Shown: positions 1 through 10,169, numbered from the stretch's first letter. The stretch: DNA of 57,452 bases from Parvularculaceae bacterium (GCA_040081755.1 JBEBFW010000001.1:1-57452), one strand, 5' to 3'. The notes: generated by a model from the letters alone, not told the origin. Made by a program: numbers and translations.

Positions 1-609
<609 letters not shown>

Positions 610-613
610 GGCG

Positions 614-1591
614 TCACGCTCGCTTGCGCGTCGCTTCCGTCGTCGCAGCCGCCCGCCTGAATGGATTGGCGCCCGGCTTGATCAGCGCCGCTGCGTAGCG
701 CAGGGCGTAATCGCGCCGGCCTCGATCGAGGGGCTCAAGGCCCCAGTACTCGAACGGCCAACCGCGCCTCAATGTCACGTCGCCCTCATGCAGCGGCTCG
801 ATGGCGGCGGTGTCCGGCAGAAGGCCCAATTCCCGAGCAACCGCGGTCCTCACTTCCAGTTCGACTCCGGACGCAATGAGGACCCCGCCGGGCCGCAGCG
901 TTGAAACGAGATTTCTCAAGCACTGGCGCGCCCGGTCCGCCGGCATATGACAGAGGAACTTGTTGGCGAGAACGAGGTCGTGAACGCCCGCGCGTTCAGC
1001 GAGACCGGGCGCCGTCGCATCGACGACCGCGAATTCGACCGGCGCCTGCCAGCGCGTGCGCACAACGAGCGCGCCGTCTGGCGCTTTCTCGAACAGCGCC
1101 TCCATTTCTTCCGTAGAAAGACCTTCGGTCTCCCGGCCAGCAGGATCGAAGCGCGCGATCCTGGCTGTCTCGATGCTTTCCACGGAAACATCTGAAGCAT
1201 GTATTTCGATCTGAATCCGGCCGAAGGAATCGCGCAAGGCGTAGGACGTCGAAAAAGCCTCAGCGCCGGTGCTGCAGCCGAAAATTGCGACCGACAAGCG
1301 CCCGCCGTCGCGAACGGCACGCCCGAGTTCGGCGATGTAGGCGATCTCAGCGCGGTTCCTGAGGAAGCAAGTCCAGTTGCTCTGGACCCGCTCCTGGCGC
1401 AGCCGCGCCAATTTGTGCAGCAATCCGCCATACGCGCGGACCGGCGAAAAGGCATGCATCCGGGCCGGTATCCGGCTCCAGACCCAGCGGCTGCCCCAAA
1501 AAAAGGGAACCCCGAGGCAGGCGCGCAAGGCGCGCACCCGCGACATATTTTCGATTAGGCCCATGAGACCGAGGCGCATCGTCGGACGCAA
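614..1591 (-). CDS. CheR-like SAM-dependent methyltransferase (orphan, atypical; start uncertain)
   Basis: T-x-FLRN, GCSTGAEAFS, ASDVS and LRPGG motifs of the CheR catalytic domain. Confidence 0.75.
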   Translation of the reverse strand: MRPTMRLGLMGLIENMSRVRALRACLGVPFFWGSRWVWSRIPARMHAFSPVRAYGGLLHKLARLRQERVQSNWTCFLRNRAEIAYIAELGRAVRDGGRLSVAIFGCSTGAEAFSTSYALRDSFGRIQIEIHASDVSVESIETARIARFDPAGRETEGLSTEEMEALFEKAPDGALVVRTRWQAPVEFAVVDATAPGLAERAGVHDLVLANKFLCHMPADRARQCLRNLVSTLRPGGVLIASGVELEVRTAVARELGLLPDTAAIEPLHEGDVTLRRGWPFEYWGLEPLDRGRRDYALRYAAALIKPGANPFRRAAATTEATRKRA

Positions 1592-1677
1592 TGCGCTTTG
1601 AGACTGCTGCTGGCAAGGCTTTTGCGCGATCCCGGGGCTTGATAGTCAAGCAAGCGACAAGAACGCAGATCGCACAA

Positions 1678-3198
1678 GTGACCTGGGAAAAAGAACTCGC
1701 CGAGAAAAAGCGACGCGATGCGCTCGCCGAAAAAATGGGCGGGGCGGAAAAGGTCGCGCGTCAGCACGCGCGCGGCAAGCTTGACGCTCGGGAACGCCTG
1801 ACGCGACTGCTGGACCCCGGCTCGTTCCGCGAGATCGGCAAGATCGCAGGACGCGCGAGCTATGGCGCTGACGGAGCGCTCGAGGAATTCACGCCCTCCA
1901 ATTCCATCTTTGGCCGCGGGAGAATCGACAGCCGGCCCGTTGTTGCGTCGGCCGATGACTTCACCGTGCGCGGCGGCGCCGCCGACGCAGCGATCCACCG
2001 GAAATTCGTCGCCGCCGAGCAGATGGCGCACGAGCTTGGCATTCCGCTGGTGCGCATGATTGACGGCACAGGCGGCGGCGGCTCGGTGAAGTCGCTAGAG
2101 CAGTTGGGCTTCACCTATGTGCCGCACATTCCCGGCTGGGAACACGTGATCGAGAACCTTGAGAGCGTTCCGGTCGTTGCGCTGGCGCTTGGGCCCGTCG
2201 CCGGCCTCGGCGCGGCGCGCATGGTTGCGAGCCATTATTCGATTATGGTGCGCGGCCTGGCGCAGGTCTTCACCGCCGGCCCGAAAGTGGCCGCCGTCTT
2301 TGGCGACGAACTCGACAACGAGTCGCTTGGCGGCGCCGATATTCACACGCGCAATGGGGTCATCGACGACGAGGCGGCGAGCGAAGATGAAGCGTTTGCG
2401 CTCGCGCGGCAGTTTCTTTCCTACCTGCCGCCGCAAGCGGGCGGCGTGCATCGGCGCGTCACATCAGGCGATCCGTCGGAACGGCGCGAGGAGTCGCTGC
2501 TCTCGGCAGTGCCGCACGACAACCGTCAAGCCTACAGCATGCGGAAGATACTTGAGAGCGTTGCGGACAAGGGCTCGCTCTTCGAAATCGGCAAGCGCTG
2601 GGGACGAGCCGCGATCACGGCGCTGGCGCGTCTTGACGGGCACGCGGTCGCGGTGCTCGCCAGCGATCCGACTTTTCTCGGCGGCTCATGGACGGCGGAC
2701 ACGGCCGAAAAAGCGAAGCGCTTTGTCCGCCTCGCCGATCTCTTTCGACTGCCAGTCGTTCACCTGGTGGATAATCCCGGCTTCATGATCGGGCTTGAGG
2801 CGGAAAAGGCTGCAACAATAAGGCGCGGCGTCGAGGCGATGAACGCCATCTACAAGGCGCGCGTCCCCTGGGCGAGCGTCATCATTCGCAAGGCCTATGG
2901 CGTTGCCGGCGCAGCCATGTCGAACCACACGCGCTTCCAGTATCGCTTCGCCTGGCCGTCGGGCGACTGGGGGTCGCTGCCGATCTCCGGCGGCGTCGAA
3001 GTCGCTTACAAGGGCGAGATTGAAAAGTCCGCCGACCCGAAGGCCGCCATCGAGTCAATCCGCAGCAGGCTGCGAGCTGTCGGCTCGCCGTTTCGGACGG
3101 CGGAGCAATTCCTCATCGAGGATATCATCGACCCACGCGACACGCGCCCTCTCCTCTGCGAATTCGCAGAAATGGCGCACGCGAAACTTTCAGCGTAG
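1678..3198 (+). CDS. Acyl-CoA carboxylase carboxyltransferase (beta) subunit
   Basis: MGGAEKVARQHARGKLDARERL, DFTVRGG, VDNPGFMIG, IIRKAYG, IIDPRDTRP; GTG start chosen at 1678 (ORF open from 1591). Confidence 0.88.
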   Translation: MTWEKELAEKKRRDALAEKMGGAEKVARQHARGKLDARERLTRLLDPGSFREIGKIAGRASYGADGALEEFTPSNSIFGRGRIDSRPVVASADDFTVRGGAADAAIHRKFVAAEQMAHELGIPLVRMIDGTGGGGSVKSLEQLGFTYVPHIPGWEHVIENLESVPVVALALGPVAGLGAARMVASHYSIMVRGLAQVFTAGPKVAAVFGDELDNESLGGADIHTRNGVIDDEAASEDEAFALARQFLSYLPPQAGGVHRRVTSGDPSERREESLLSAVPHDNRQAYSMRKILESVADKGSLFEIGKRWGRAAITALARLDGHAVAVLASDPTFLGGSWTADTAEKAKRFVRLADLFRLPVVHLVDNPGFMIGLEAEKAATIRRGVEAMNAIYKARVPWASVIIRKAYGVAGAAMSNHTRFQYRFAWPSGDWGSLPISGGVEVAYKGEIEKSADPKAAIESIRSRLRAVGSPFRTAEQFLIEDIIDPRDTRPLLCEFAEMAHAKLSA

Positions 3199-3214
3199 CA
3201 TACCCGCTCGCCGC

Positions 3215-3667
3215 TCAGGACTGGCGGATATACGGACCCCAAAAGTCAGTGTCCGCCACATAGCGCTCGAACCAGCCGAACATGTCGATGATGTTGGTGT
3301 CCGTGCAGCCGATGGCGCTGATCCACACTTCCATGTGCAGCGTGCCGTCGGTGTTGACCGAAGCTTCGGGGATCTTCTTCGTGTTATTCCATTCATTGAC
3401 CGCCGCAAGCGTCGGCCGAACGTCGCCGTAATTGCGGAAGAAGTTGATTTCGGCGCATTTTCCGTCCGGGCGACAATCCGTCAACCAGATGAAGGATTGG
3501 CCGACCGCCAGGACCTCGCTATTCGATGTTCCGCTGGCGCTGAGGCCCGCATTCTGCAGGATCTGAATGAGCTCGTTCATGGTGACGAGATTGTACTGCG
3601 CCGCGCTTGCGGGCGCCGCCGAGACAAGCGCGGCGGCAAGGCCGCCGGCCAGCATTCTTCTAAACAT
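3215..3667 (-). CDS. Secreted YbjN-like domain protein
   Basis: GGAGGG RBS before ATG 3667; signal peptide (LAAALVSAAPASA); VNEWN motif of the YbjN family. Confidence 0.65.
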   Translation of the reverse strand: MFRRMLAGGLAAALVSAAPASAAQYNLVTMNELIQILQNAGLSASGTSNSEVLAVGQSFIWLTDCRPDGKCAEINFFRNYGDVRPTLAAVNEWNNTKKIPEASVNTDGTLHMEVWISAIGCTDTNIIDMFGWFERYVADTDFWGPYIRQS

Positions 3668-3813
3668 GTCCCCTCCATTTTTGCCGGAACCGCAGACACG
3701 CACATCCGGCTCGTCCAAGTGCGATCGAAGCGACAAATATGAGCCAAGTCGGCCTCATTCGCAATCGAGCCAACCCGCATCGCTGCAACTGCAAAAAGAC
3801 GCCCCATGGCTTG

Positions 3814-3832
3814 GATTGGCGCGCCAATCGCA
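3814..3832 (+). promoter_or_regulatory. Possible sigma54 promoter / 16-bp palindromic operator upstream of the puuD-like gene
   Basis: GATTGGCGCGCCAATC perfect palindrome overlapping TGGCGCG-N4-TCGCA (GG-N10-GC). Confidence 0.35.
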
Positions 3833-3872
3833 TTATGGCGGTGACCAATTCTCAGAACCGGGAGCGTCTTCA

Positions 3873-4496
3873 ATGACAGCCATCCTCACCAATCTGCGCA
3901 ACGCAGTCATCGCGGGCTTCGCCCTCGCGATTGTGCTGATCGTCCTCTATGCGAGCGTCTGGGGCGGAACGCTCGATATGAATTTCTGGCGCTTCATCAC
4001 GCGCTGGATCCACGTCATCGCCGGGATCATGTGGATCGGCCACCTTTGGTACTTCAACTTCACACAGATGCCCACCATGCCGAAAATTCCGGATGAGATG
4101 AAGCCGGCGATCGGCAAATTCATCGCGCCGCAGGCCCTCTTCTGGTTCCGCTGGGGCGCCATGGTCACCATGGTCGCAGGGCTCATTCTCGCCATGCTGA
4201 ACGGCTATCTCATCGCGGCGCTGACCTTCGGTCTCGCACAGGCGGCGACCCCGGGCCAGATCTGCATCGGCATCGGCATGTGGCTCGGCCTCATCATGTG
4301 GTTCAACGTGTGGTTCGTCATCTGGCCGAACCAGCAGAAGGCGCTCAACATCGCCGACAAGCACGCAAGCCTCGACAAGGACGCGAAAGCAAAGCACGCG
4401 CGAACGGCGATGCTCTTTTCACGAACGAATACGGTGCTGTCCGTGCCGATGCTCTTCGCCATGGTGGCGGCGCAGGCTCTCTTCCGTCTTTCCTAG
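3873..4496 (+). CDS. puuD: Urate hydroxylase PuuD-like membrane protein (N-terminal domain only)
   Basis: RWIHVIAGIMWIGHLWYFN, LFWFRWGA, IMWFNVWFVIWPNQQK, SRTNTVLSVP motifs. Confidence 0.75.
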   Translation: MTAILTNLRNAVIAGFALAIVLIVLYASVWGGTLDMNFWRFITRWIHVIAGIMWIGHLWYFNFTQMPTMPKIPDEMKPAIGKFIAPQALFWFRWGAMVTMVAGLILAMLNGYLIAALTFGLAQAATPGQICIGIGMWLGLIMWFNVWFVIWPNQQKALNIADKHASLDKDAKAKHARTAMLFSRTNTVLSVPMLFAMVAAQALFRLS

Positions 4497-4508
4497 CCGC
4501 CACGCCTC

Positions 4509-4997
4509 CTAGGCGCGAGCCTCCAGCAACACCTTTTCGGCGAAGGGCTTGGTTACGAGAAAGACGCCGCAAGGCGCGTCGCGGACCAAATCTCGCGACG
4601 CCGCTCCTGCGACCAGCGATCCCCAAAACCCCTTCTGGTGGGAGCCCGCGACAATGAGGTCAGCGTTCGACCTCCTGGCGAAATCGCAGACGGCGGCGCC
4701 GGGTTCGCCATCGAGCATTTGAACCTCCGCGTTCGGAACTATGCTCGCGGCAAAGGACCTCAGAGCCCGTTCGTCCGCCTCCCGCGCTTCGCGGTGGGCG
4801 GAGATTGTTTCCTGGGTGAGTTGGCCCGCCATCGCCCCAATTTCAGCGCCGAAGCCTGCGACGGGCGTAATGACCGGCCACGCGCTGACGACGTGGATGG
4901 CGGCGTCGTATGTCGCAAGCGTTCTGGCGGCCAGCAAGACGGCCTTGGCGAGGTCGTCATGCACCTGAATGGCCGCGACGATGGTGCGCAGTCTCAT
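4509..4997 (-). CDS. Universal stress protein (Usp)
   Basis: TIVAAI...GEPGAAVCDFA...ADLIVAGSH...GAASRDLVRDAPCGVFLV Usp pattern; GGAG upstream of ATG. Confidence 0.85.
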   Translation of the reverse strand: MRLRTIVAAIQVHDDLAKAVLLAARTLATYDAAIHVVSAWPVITPVAGFGAEIGAMAGQLTQETISAHREAREADERALRSFAASIVPNAEVQMLDGEPGAAVCDFARRSNADLIVAGSHQKGFWGSLVAGAASRDLVRDAPCGVFLVTKPFAEKVLLEARA

Positions 4998-5131
4998 AGG
5001 CGCTCTCCCGTTTTGCTCGCTTCTACATGAACATCCGCGCGCCCTGTTCATCCTTGTCAGATCGTCGCGGGATCATCGGGGCCCCAAGGCTTCGTTAACT
5101 GTCCTGTCCTCTTATGAACGGCAGGCGTGTC

Positions 5132-5527
5132 ATGACCTTGAAGCTCACATTGAAGCCCGGCGAGCGGGTGGCCATCAACGGCGCGGTGATCGTGAACGGC
5201 GACCGCCGGAGTACGTTCGCCGTCGAAAATCAGGCGCGAATCCTGCGTGAGAAAGATATCCTGCACCCCAACGCCGCCGACTCTCCGGCCAAGCGCATTT
5301 ATCTGCCAATCATGATGATGGCGCTCGATCCCGACCAGAAGAGCGAGTTTCTCCCGCACTATCAGGCCCGCCTCGCCGAATTCACCGACGCGATCGCCGA
5401 TCCAGGCGTTCTCCAGACTTGCGCGCGTCTCGCCGTCGCCGTGGCGAATGAGGAGTTCTATCTCGCCATGACGCTCTGCAGGCGCCTGATGGAATTCGAG
5501 AGGGTCCGGCTCGCCCATGTCGCATGA
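5132..5527 (+). CDS. flbT: Flagellin translational regulator FlbT
   Basis: MTLKLTLKPGERVAINGAVIVNGDRR...ILREKDIL...SPAKRIYLPIMMM; adjacent to flaF and flagellin. Confidence 0.93.
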   Translation: MTLKLTLKPGERVAINGAVIVNGDRRSTFAVENQARILREKDILHPNAADSPAKRIYLPIMMMALDPDQKSEFLPHYQARLAEFTDAIADPGVLQTCARLAVAVANEEFYLAMTLCRRLMEFERVRLAHVA

Positions 5528-5879
5528 GGCCTATCGCAAGACGTCCGCCGCCGTCGCTGGTCCAAGAGACGTCGAGTATCGCGCCTTTTCCGAAGCGACA
5601 CGCCGACTGATCGCCGCCAGTGAAACGGGCCGCAAGGATCTGCGCGCGCTCATCGAGGCGATCCATCTCAACCGCACGCTGTGGGGAACCCTTGCCGCTG
5701 ACTGCGCCAAGGGCGCCAACACGCTCCCGACCGAGACGCGGGCGCGCATCATCGCGCTGTCCCGCTGGGTTTCGGATTACTCGAGCGACGTTGTGCGCAA
5801 GGGCGAGAGCCTCGACCCTCTTGTCGATGTGAACCGCATCATCATGAACGGGCTGTCGCCGGCCCCGACAGGAGCCTGA
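5517..5879 (+). CDS. flaF: Flagellar biosynthesis regulator FlaF
   Basis: AY...PRDVEYRAF...AIHLNRTLW..LAADC...NTLP...RARIIALSRWV...LVDVNRIIMNGL. Confidence 0.93.
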   Translation: MSHEAYRKTSAAVAGPRDVEYRAFSEATRRLIAASETGRKDLRALIEAIHLNRTLWGTLAADCAKGANTLPTETRARIIALSRWVSDYSSDVVRKGESLDPLVDVNRIIMNGLSPAPTGA

Positions 5880-5886
5880 AGCCAGG

Positions 5887-5932
5887 AGGCAGGTTTCGCC
5901 GACCGGCAATATCTGCCGGGCAATTCCTTCCG
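5887..5932 (+). promoter_or_regulatory. Tandem ftr-like (FlbD enhancer) sites
   Basis: AGGC-N7-GCCG (5887-5901), CGGC-N7-GCCG (5904-5918) and GGGC-N7-TCCG (5918-5932), matching the Caulobacter ftr core CGGC-N7-GCCG. Confidence 0.65.
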
Positions 5933-6038
5933 CCGACACGAGTTCAACCCTGCAAGGAATTCTCAAGCTTACTTCACAAAGCGTTCCGCGCTGCGCCTCG
6001 GGGGCGCCTCCATAAACCTCCGTAAACAGACCATTAAC

Positions 6039-6054
6039 AGGCGTGCTTCTTGCG
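6039..6054 (+). promoter_or_regulatory. sigma54 (-24/-12) promoter of flagellin
   Basis: aGGCGTG-cttc-TTGCg with GG-N10-GC spacing, ~70 nt before the flagellin ATG. Confidence 0.7.
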
Positions 6055-6124
6055 AGAAATCGCTCGCCCGCGACCCTTCGCCGGCCTTGCGAAAAATCGC
6101 ACGAAAAACCCAGAAAGGGGTCCC

Positions 6125-6952
6125 ATGGTCTCGATCAATACGAATCCGGGCGCGCTCGTCGCCCTCCAGACGCTTAGCCGCGTCTCCGACAGCCTCGCCG
6201 AAACCCAGCGCCGCGTCTCGACCGGTCTCCAAGTCTCCTCCGCCAAAGACAATCCCGCCATCTACGCGCTCGCCCAGCAGCAGCGCGCCCAGCTCGCGTC
6301 ACTTGAGACTGTCCAGCAGGGCCTTCGCGTCGGGGTCTCGACCGTCGATGTCGCTTTGGCCGCCGGCGAATCGATCGCCGATGTGCTCATCGAAATGCGG
6401 CAGGTCGCCTCGCAGGCCGCCGACCCGCAACTGAGCGCCCAGAACCGTCAACTCCTGCAGGACCGCTATGTGGAACTCGCGGACCAGGTCACGCGCCTTG
6501 TGGACTCCGCCGACATCGGCGGGCGGAACCTGATCGCCAACGGGGCCTCCGATCTCATTGTGATCGCCAGCGACGATGGCGCCTCGACGATCACCGTCGC
6601 CGCTCAGGACCTTTCGATCGGCGGCGGCGTAGTCAACGTCTCCGCCGACGGATCGGCCCTTGCGACAGCCGGCGGCGCACAAACCGAGCTTGCGAACATC
6701 ATCGCGTCGATCGACGCTCTGTCGGGCGCGCTCGGCGCGCTCGGCGGCGGCGGCAAGGCGCTCACCTTGCAGGACCGCATCCTCAACCGGGTGTCAGACG
6801 CCATCGAGATTTCGATCGGCAACCTTGTCGATGCCGATCTCGCGCGCGAGAGTTCGCGCCTGCAAGCCTTGCAGGTGCAGCAGCAGCTGGCGATCCAGAC
6901 GCTCTCGATCGCCAACGCCGCGCCGAACTCGATCCTCGCATTGTTCGCGTAA
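6125..6952 (+). CDS. Flagellin
   Basis: MVSINTNPGALVALQTL...RVSTGLQVSSAKDN...GNLVDADLARESSRLQALQVQQQLAIQTLSIANAAPNSILALF. Confidence 0.97.
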   Translation: MVSINTNPGALVALQTLSRVSDSLAETQRRVSTGLQVSSAKDNPAIYALAQQQRAQLASLETVQQGLRVGVSTVDVALAAGESIADVLIEMRQVASQAADPQLSAQNRQLLQDRYVELADQVTRLVDSADIGGRNLIANGASDLIVIASDDGASTITVAAQDLSIGGGVVNVSADGSALATAGGAQTELANIIASIDALSGALGALGGGGKALTLQDRILNRVSDAIEISIGNLVDADLARESSRLQALQVQQQLAIQTLSIANAAPNSILALFA

Positions 6953-7009
6953 ACGCCTATCCGCCGCCAGCTTTCAGGATGATGACAGCTGGCGGCGGGG
7001 AGCGCCGCC

Positions 7010-7399
7010 ATGGACGTTAATCGAACCAGCGAATCGACCGTCGCCCAAACCGGCCAATCGGCCGACCTTGGGGCCGAGCGCGCGGCCGCCCTCGCCGAGA
7101 GCCGGAGGAAGCTCTCCGCAGAAGGCCAGCGAACGGCCGAAGCCGCAGGCGCCCGCCGCGCCGAGCAGATTGCCGAGCTGCGAGACGTCGTCGCCAGGGC
7201 CGTCGGCGCCGACACACGGCTCGCCATCATGCGCGCCCCGGAAGCGCCGGTCTTCCTCTACCGCGCCATCGACGAGGCGACAGGCGAGGTCGTTCAGGAA
7301 TGGCCAAGACTCGAGTTCCTCGCGCTTAGCCAGGCCACGCGCGCCGCGGCTATCCCCGACGCCGCAGCGCCAGGCGGCGCGCTCGACCGTTGCGCGTGA
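7010..7399 (+). CDS. flaG: FlaG-like flagellar protein
   Basis: Directly downstream of flagellin; FLYRAIDEATGEVVQEWP resembles the FlaG ID.ETGEVIRQIP motif. Confidence 0.6.
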   Translation: MDVNRTSESTVAQTGQSADLGAERAAALAESRRKLSAEGQRTAEAAGARRAEQIAELRDVVARAVGADTRLAIMRAPEAPVFLYRAIDEATGEVVQEWPRLEFLALSQATRAAAIPDAAAPGGALDRCA

Positions 7400-7443
7400 G
7401 CCTTTCGTTGACCGGGATGGCGTGAGCGCGCCATAAGCGCCCC

Positions 7444-9099
7444 ATGCCCAGACAAACCGCTGCGCGCCATCTCGTCGACGCCCTCGTCATGAATGGCGTC
7501 ACTCATGTTTTCTGCGTACCGGGCGAGAGCTATCTCGCTGTGCTGGACGCGCTTTATGACGTCCGTGACCGGATCAAGCTGATCGTCTGCCGGCACGAGG
7601 CCTCGGCCGCCAACATGGCCGAGGCTTATGGCAAGCTCACCGGCAAGCCGGGGATTGTCATGGTGACGAGGGGCCCAGGCGCAACCCAAGGCTCAGTCGG
7701 CGTGCACACCGCGTTTCAGGACTCGACGCCGCTGATCATGTTCATCGGCCAGGTTGCGCGCGACATGATGGATCGCGAGGCGTTTCAGGAAATCGACTAC
7801 CGGCGGATGTTCGCGTCGATCGCGAAGTGGGCGGGGCAAATCGACGTCGCCAGCCGCGCCGGCGAGTATGTGAATCGCGCCTTCTCGACGGCTATGAACG
7901 GACGCCCCGGTCCGGTCGTGCTCGCCCTGCCCGAAGATATGCTGACGGAAGAATGCGAAGCCGCGAGCCTGCCGCCAGCGCCGCGCGTCGTCGGCGCGCC
8001 GGACGAGCGAGCGCTCGAACAATTTCGCGAGATGCTGGGCGGCGCGGAGCGCCCGTTTCTGATGGTCGGCGGCGGCGGCTGGTCTGCCGATGCTGTTCGC
8101 GACCTGAAGACCTTTGTCGAGGCGACAGGCGTTCCCGTCGGCGCATCGTTTAGATCGAAGGACCTGTTTGACAATCTGCATCCGCAGTACGCGGGCGATG
8201 TCGGCATTGCGCCAAATCCGAAACTCGCCGAACGCATCAAGGCGAGCGATCTCGTCATCGCCTTCGGTCCGAGGCTCGGCGAGATGACGACGTCCGGCTA
8301 CACGCTTCTGGAAGCTCCGCTCGCGAGACAGCCGCTCGTTCATATTCATCCTGGCGCGGAGGAACTTGGACGCATCTACACGCCGATGCTCGCCATCGCG
8401 GCCTCGCCCGAGGCGATGGCGCGCACCCTCGCCGCCGAAGCCTGGACCGTCGATGAGACTTGGCTTCACCAAGCCCGTGAGGCCCATGCTGAGTTCGAGG
8501 CGTTTTCGAGACCCGTCGCCGTCAAGGAAGGCGTCAATCTCTCAGAGGTGATGGCGTTTCTTGACCGCACCCTGCCGAGGGATGCGATCGTGACCAACGG
8601 CGCCGGTAATTTCGCCGCGTGGCTCCATCGGTTCTATCGCCACAAATCTTTCAAGACACAACTTGCGCCGACCTCTGGCGCCATGGGTTACGGCTTTCCG
8701 GCGGCGCTCGCCGCGAAGGCAGTCTTTCCGCATCGAGACGTCGTGTGCGTCGCTGGCGACGGCGATTTCATGATGGCCGCGAACGAACTCGCGACCGCCA
8801 TGCATCATGATTTGCCCGTGATCACGATCATCTCGAACAACGGAACCTACGGAACGATCCGCATGCATCAGGAGCGCGAATATCCGGCGCGCGTCTCCGG
8901 CACCGACCTCACCAATCCGGATTTCGCCGCCTTCGCGCGGAGCTTCGGCGCGTTTGGCGCGACCGTGACGCGCAACGAGGATTTTCCCGCCGCCTATGAA
9001 GCCGCGAAAAAGAGCGGCAAACCGGCGGTCATCGATGTGCGCACGTCAGCCAATGAGATCGCGCCGGGACGGACGCTGGACGTGCGCAAGGCCAACTAA
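7444..9099 (+). CDS. Thiamine pyrophosphate-binding enzyme (acetolactate synthase large subunit-like)
   Basis: VFCVPGESYL, CRHEASAANMAEA, GAMGYG and the GDGDF...NNG TPP motif. Confidence 0.9.
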   Translation: MPRQTAARHLVDALVMNGVTHVFCVPGESYLAVLDALYDVRDRIKLIVCRHEASAANMAEAYGKLTGKPGIVMVTRGPGATQGSVGVHTAFQDSTPLIMFIGQVARDMMDREAFQEIDYRRMFASIAKWAGQIDVASRAGEYVNRAFSTAMNGRPGPVVLALPEDMLTEECEAASLPPAPRVVGAPDERALEQFREMLGGAERPFLMVGGGGWSADAVRDLKTFVEATGVPVGASFRSKDLFDNLHPQYAGDVGIAPNPKLAERIKASDLVIAFGPRLGEMTTSGYTLLEAPLARQPLVHIHPGAEELGRIYTPMLAIAASPEAMARTLAAEAWTVDETWLHQAREAHAEFEAFSRPVAVKEGVNLSEVMAFLDRTLPRDAIVTNGAGNFAAWLHRFYRHKSFKTQLAPTSGAMGYGFPAALAAKAVFPHRDVVCVAGDGDFMMAANELATAMHHDLPVITIISNNGTYGTIRMHQEREYPARVSGTDLTNPDFAAFARSFGAFGATVTRNEDFPAAYEAAKKSGKPAVIDVRTSANEIAPGRTLDVRKAN

Positions 9100-10169
9100 G
9101 CCGGTTCCTGCTGACTGATGCAGTGGAAGCTGCCGCCGCCAGTCAGCAAGTGCGAGGACTCCAGGCCAATCGCAAATGGGCGAACGGCCAGCGACTGAAG
9201 AATCGACAGCGCCTCCTCGCCGGCGAGTTCGTCATCTGTGAGCGCAGCATATGTCGGCATGACGATCGAATTATTGGCGATGTAGAAATTCATGTGGCTT
9301 GCCGGGACCGGCTCGTCATCGAGGAGGGCGAGCCCCGGCGAGGGAATCTCGACGACCTCAAGACGGCGCCCGGACGCATCGCTCACGCGGGCGAGCGATG
9401 CGCGGATCGCCGCAAGCACCGCCGCATTCGGATCGTCATCGCCGTAAGGACGCATGCAGACGACTTTGCCCGGCGCAACAAAGCGCGCGAGATTATCGAC
9501 ATGGCCGTCGGTATGATCGCCCGTGAGGCCTTCGTCGAGCCAGATCACCTTCAGCGCGCCAACGGCGGCTTTCAGCACGGCCTCGACATCCTTCTCGGAC
9601 ATCCCGGGATTGCGATTGCGGTTGAGCAGGCACTGGCGGGTGGTGATGACCGTCCCCTCGCCGTCCGCTTCAATCGCGCCGCCCTCGCCGATGAAGTCGG
9701 AAAACCGCCGGAGCCGCACGCCCGCCTTGGCGGCCACAATCTCGGCGATGCGGTCGTCTTCGGGGAGCTCATACTTGCCGCCCCAACCATTGAAGGTGAA
9801 CGCGCTGGCGACGGGCGAGCCCGACGTATCGCTGACAAAAATCGGTCCCGTATCGCGCAGCCAAATGTCGCCGATCGGCGCTTCGTGGACGCGGAGCAGT
9901 TCCGGACGCGGCAGGCGTTCGCGCATCGCCTCTGCCGACTCGAGCGCCGCTTCGCCCCGCGCGAGAAGCGCAACCGCCTCGCCGTGCATGCGCTCACCCT
10001 TCGGATCGTCCGGGTCGGGAAAGAGGATCGCCCGAACGAAAGCCGCGACCTCTCGCTGGGCCGGGGCCAGATCCGTCTCCCAAAGGTCAGCTGCGCTAGG
10101 CCAGCCGATCCACACCCGGCCATGGGGCGTCCACTCAGCGGCCTGTCGGCGGGGAGAAATCGTGGTCAT
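9096..10169 (-). CDS. aguA: Agmatine deiminase family protein
   Basis: AEWTPH, IWLRDTGP, FNGWGGKY, EGGAIE, DHTDGHVDN, GGGSFHCISQQ. Confidence 0.9.
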   Translation of the reverse strand: MTTISPRRQAAEWTPHGRVWIGWPSAADLWETDLAPAQREVAAFVRAILFPDPDDPKGERMHGEAVALLARGEAALESAEAMRERLPRPELLRVHEAPIGDIWLRDTGPIFVSDTSGSPVASAFTFNGWGGKYELPEDDRIAEIVAAKAGVRLRRFSDFIGEGGAIEADGEGTVITTRQCLLNRNRNPGMSEKDVEAVLKAAVGALKVIWLDEGLTGDHTDGHVDNLARFVAPGKVVCMRPYGDDDPNAAVLAAIRASLARVSDASGRRLEVVEIPSPGLALLDDEPVPASHMNFYIANNSIVMPTYAALTDDELAGEEALSILQSLAVRPFAIGLESSHLLTGGGSFHCISQQEPA

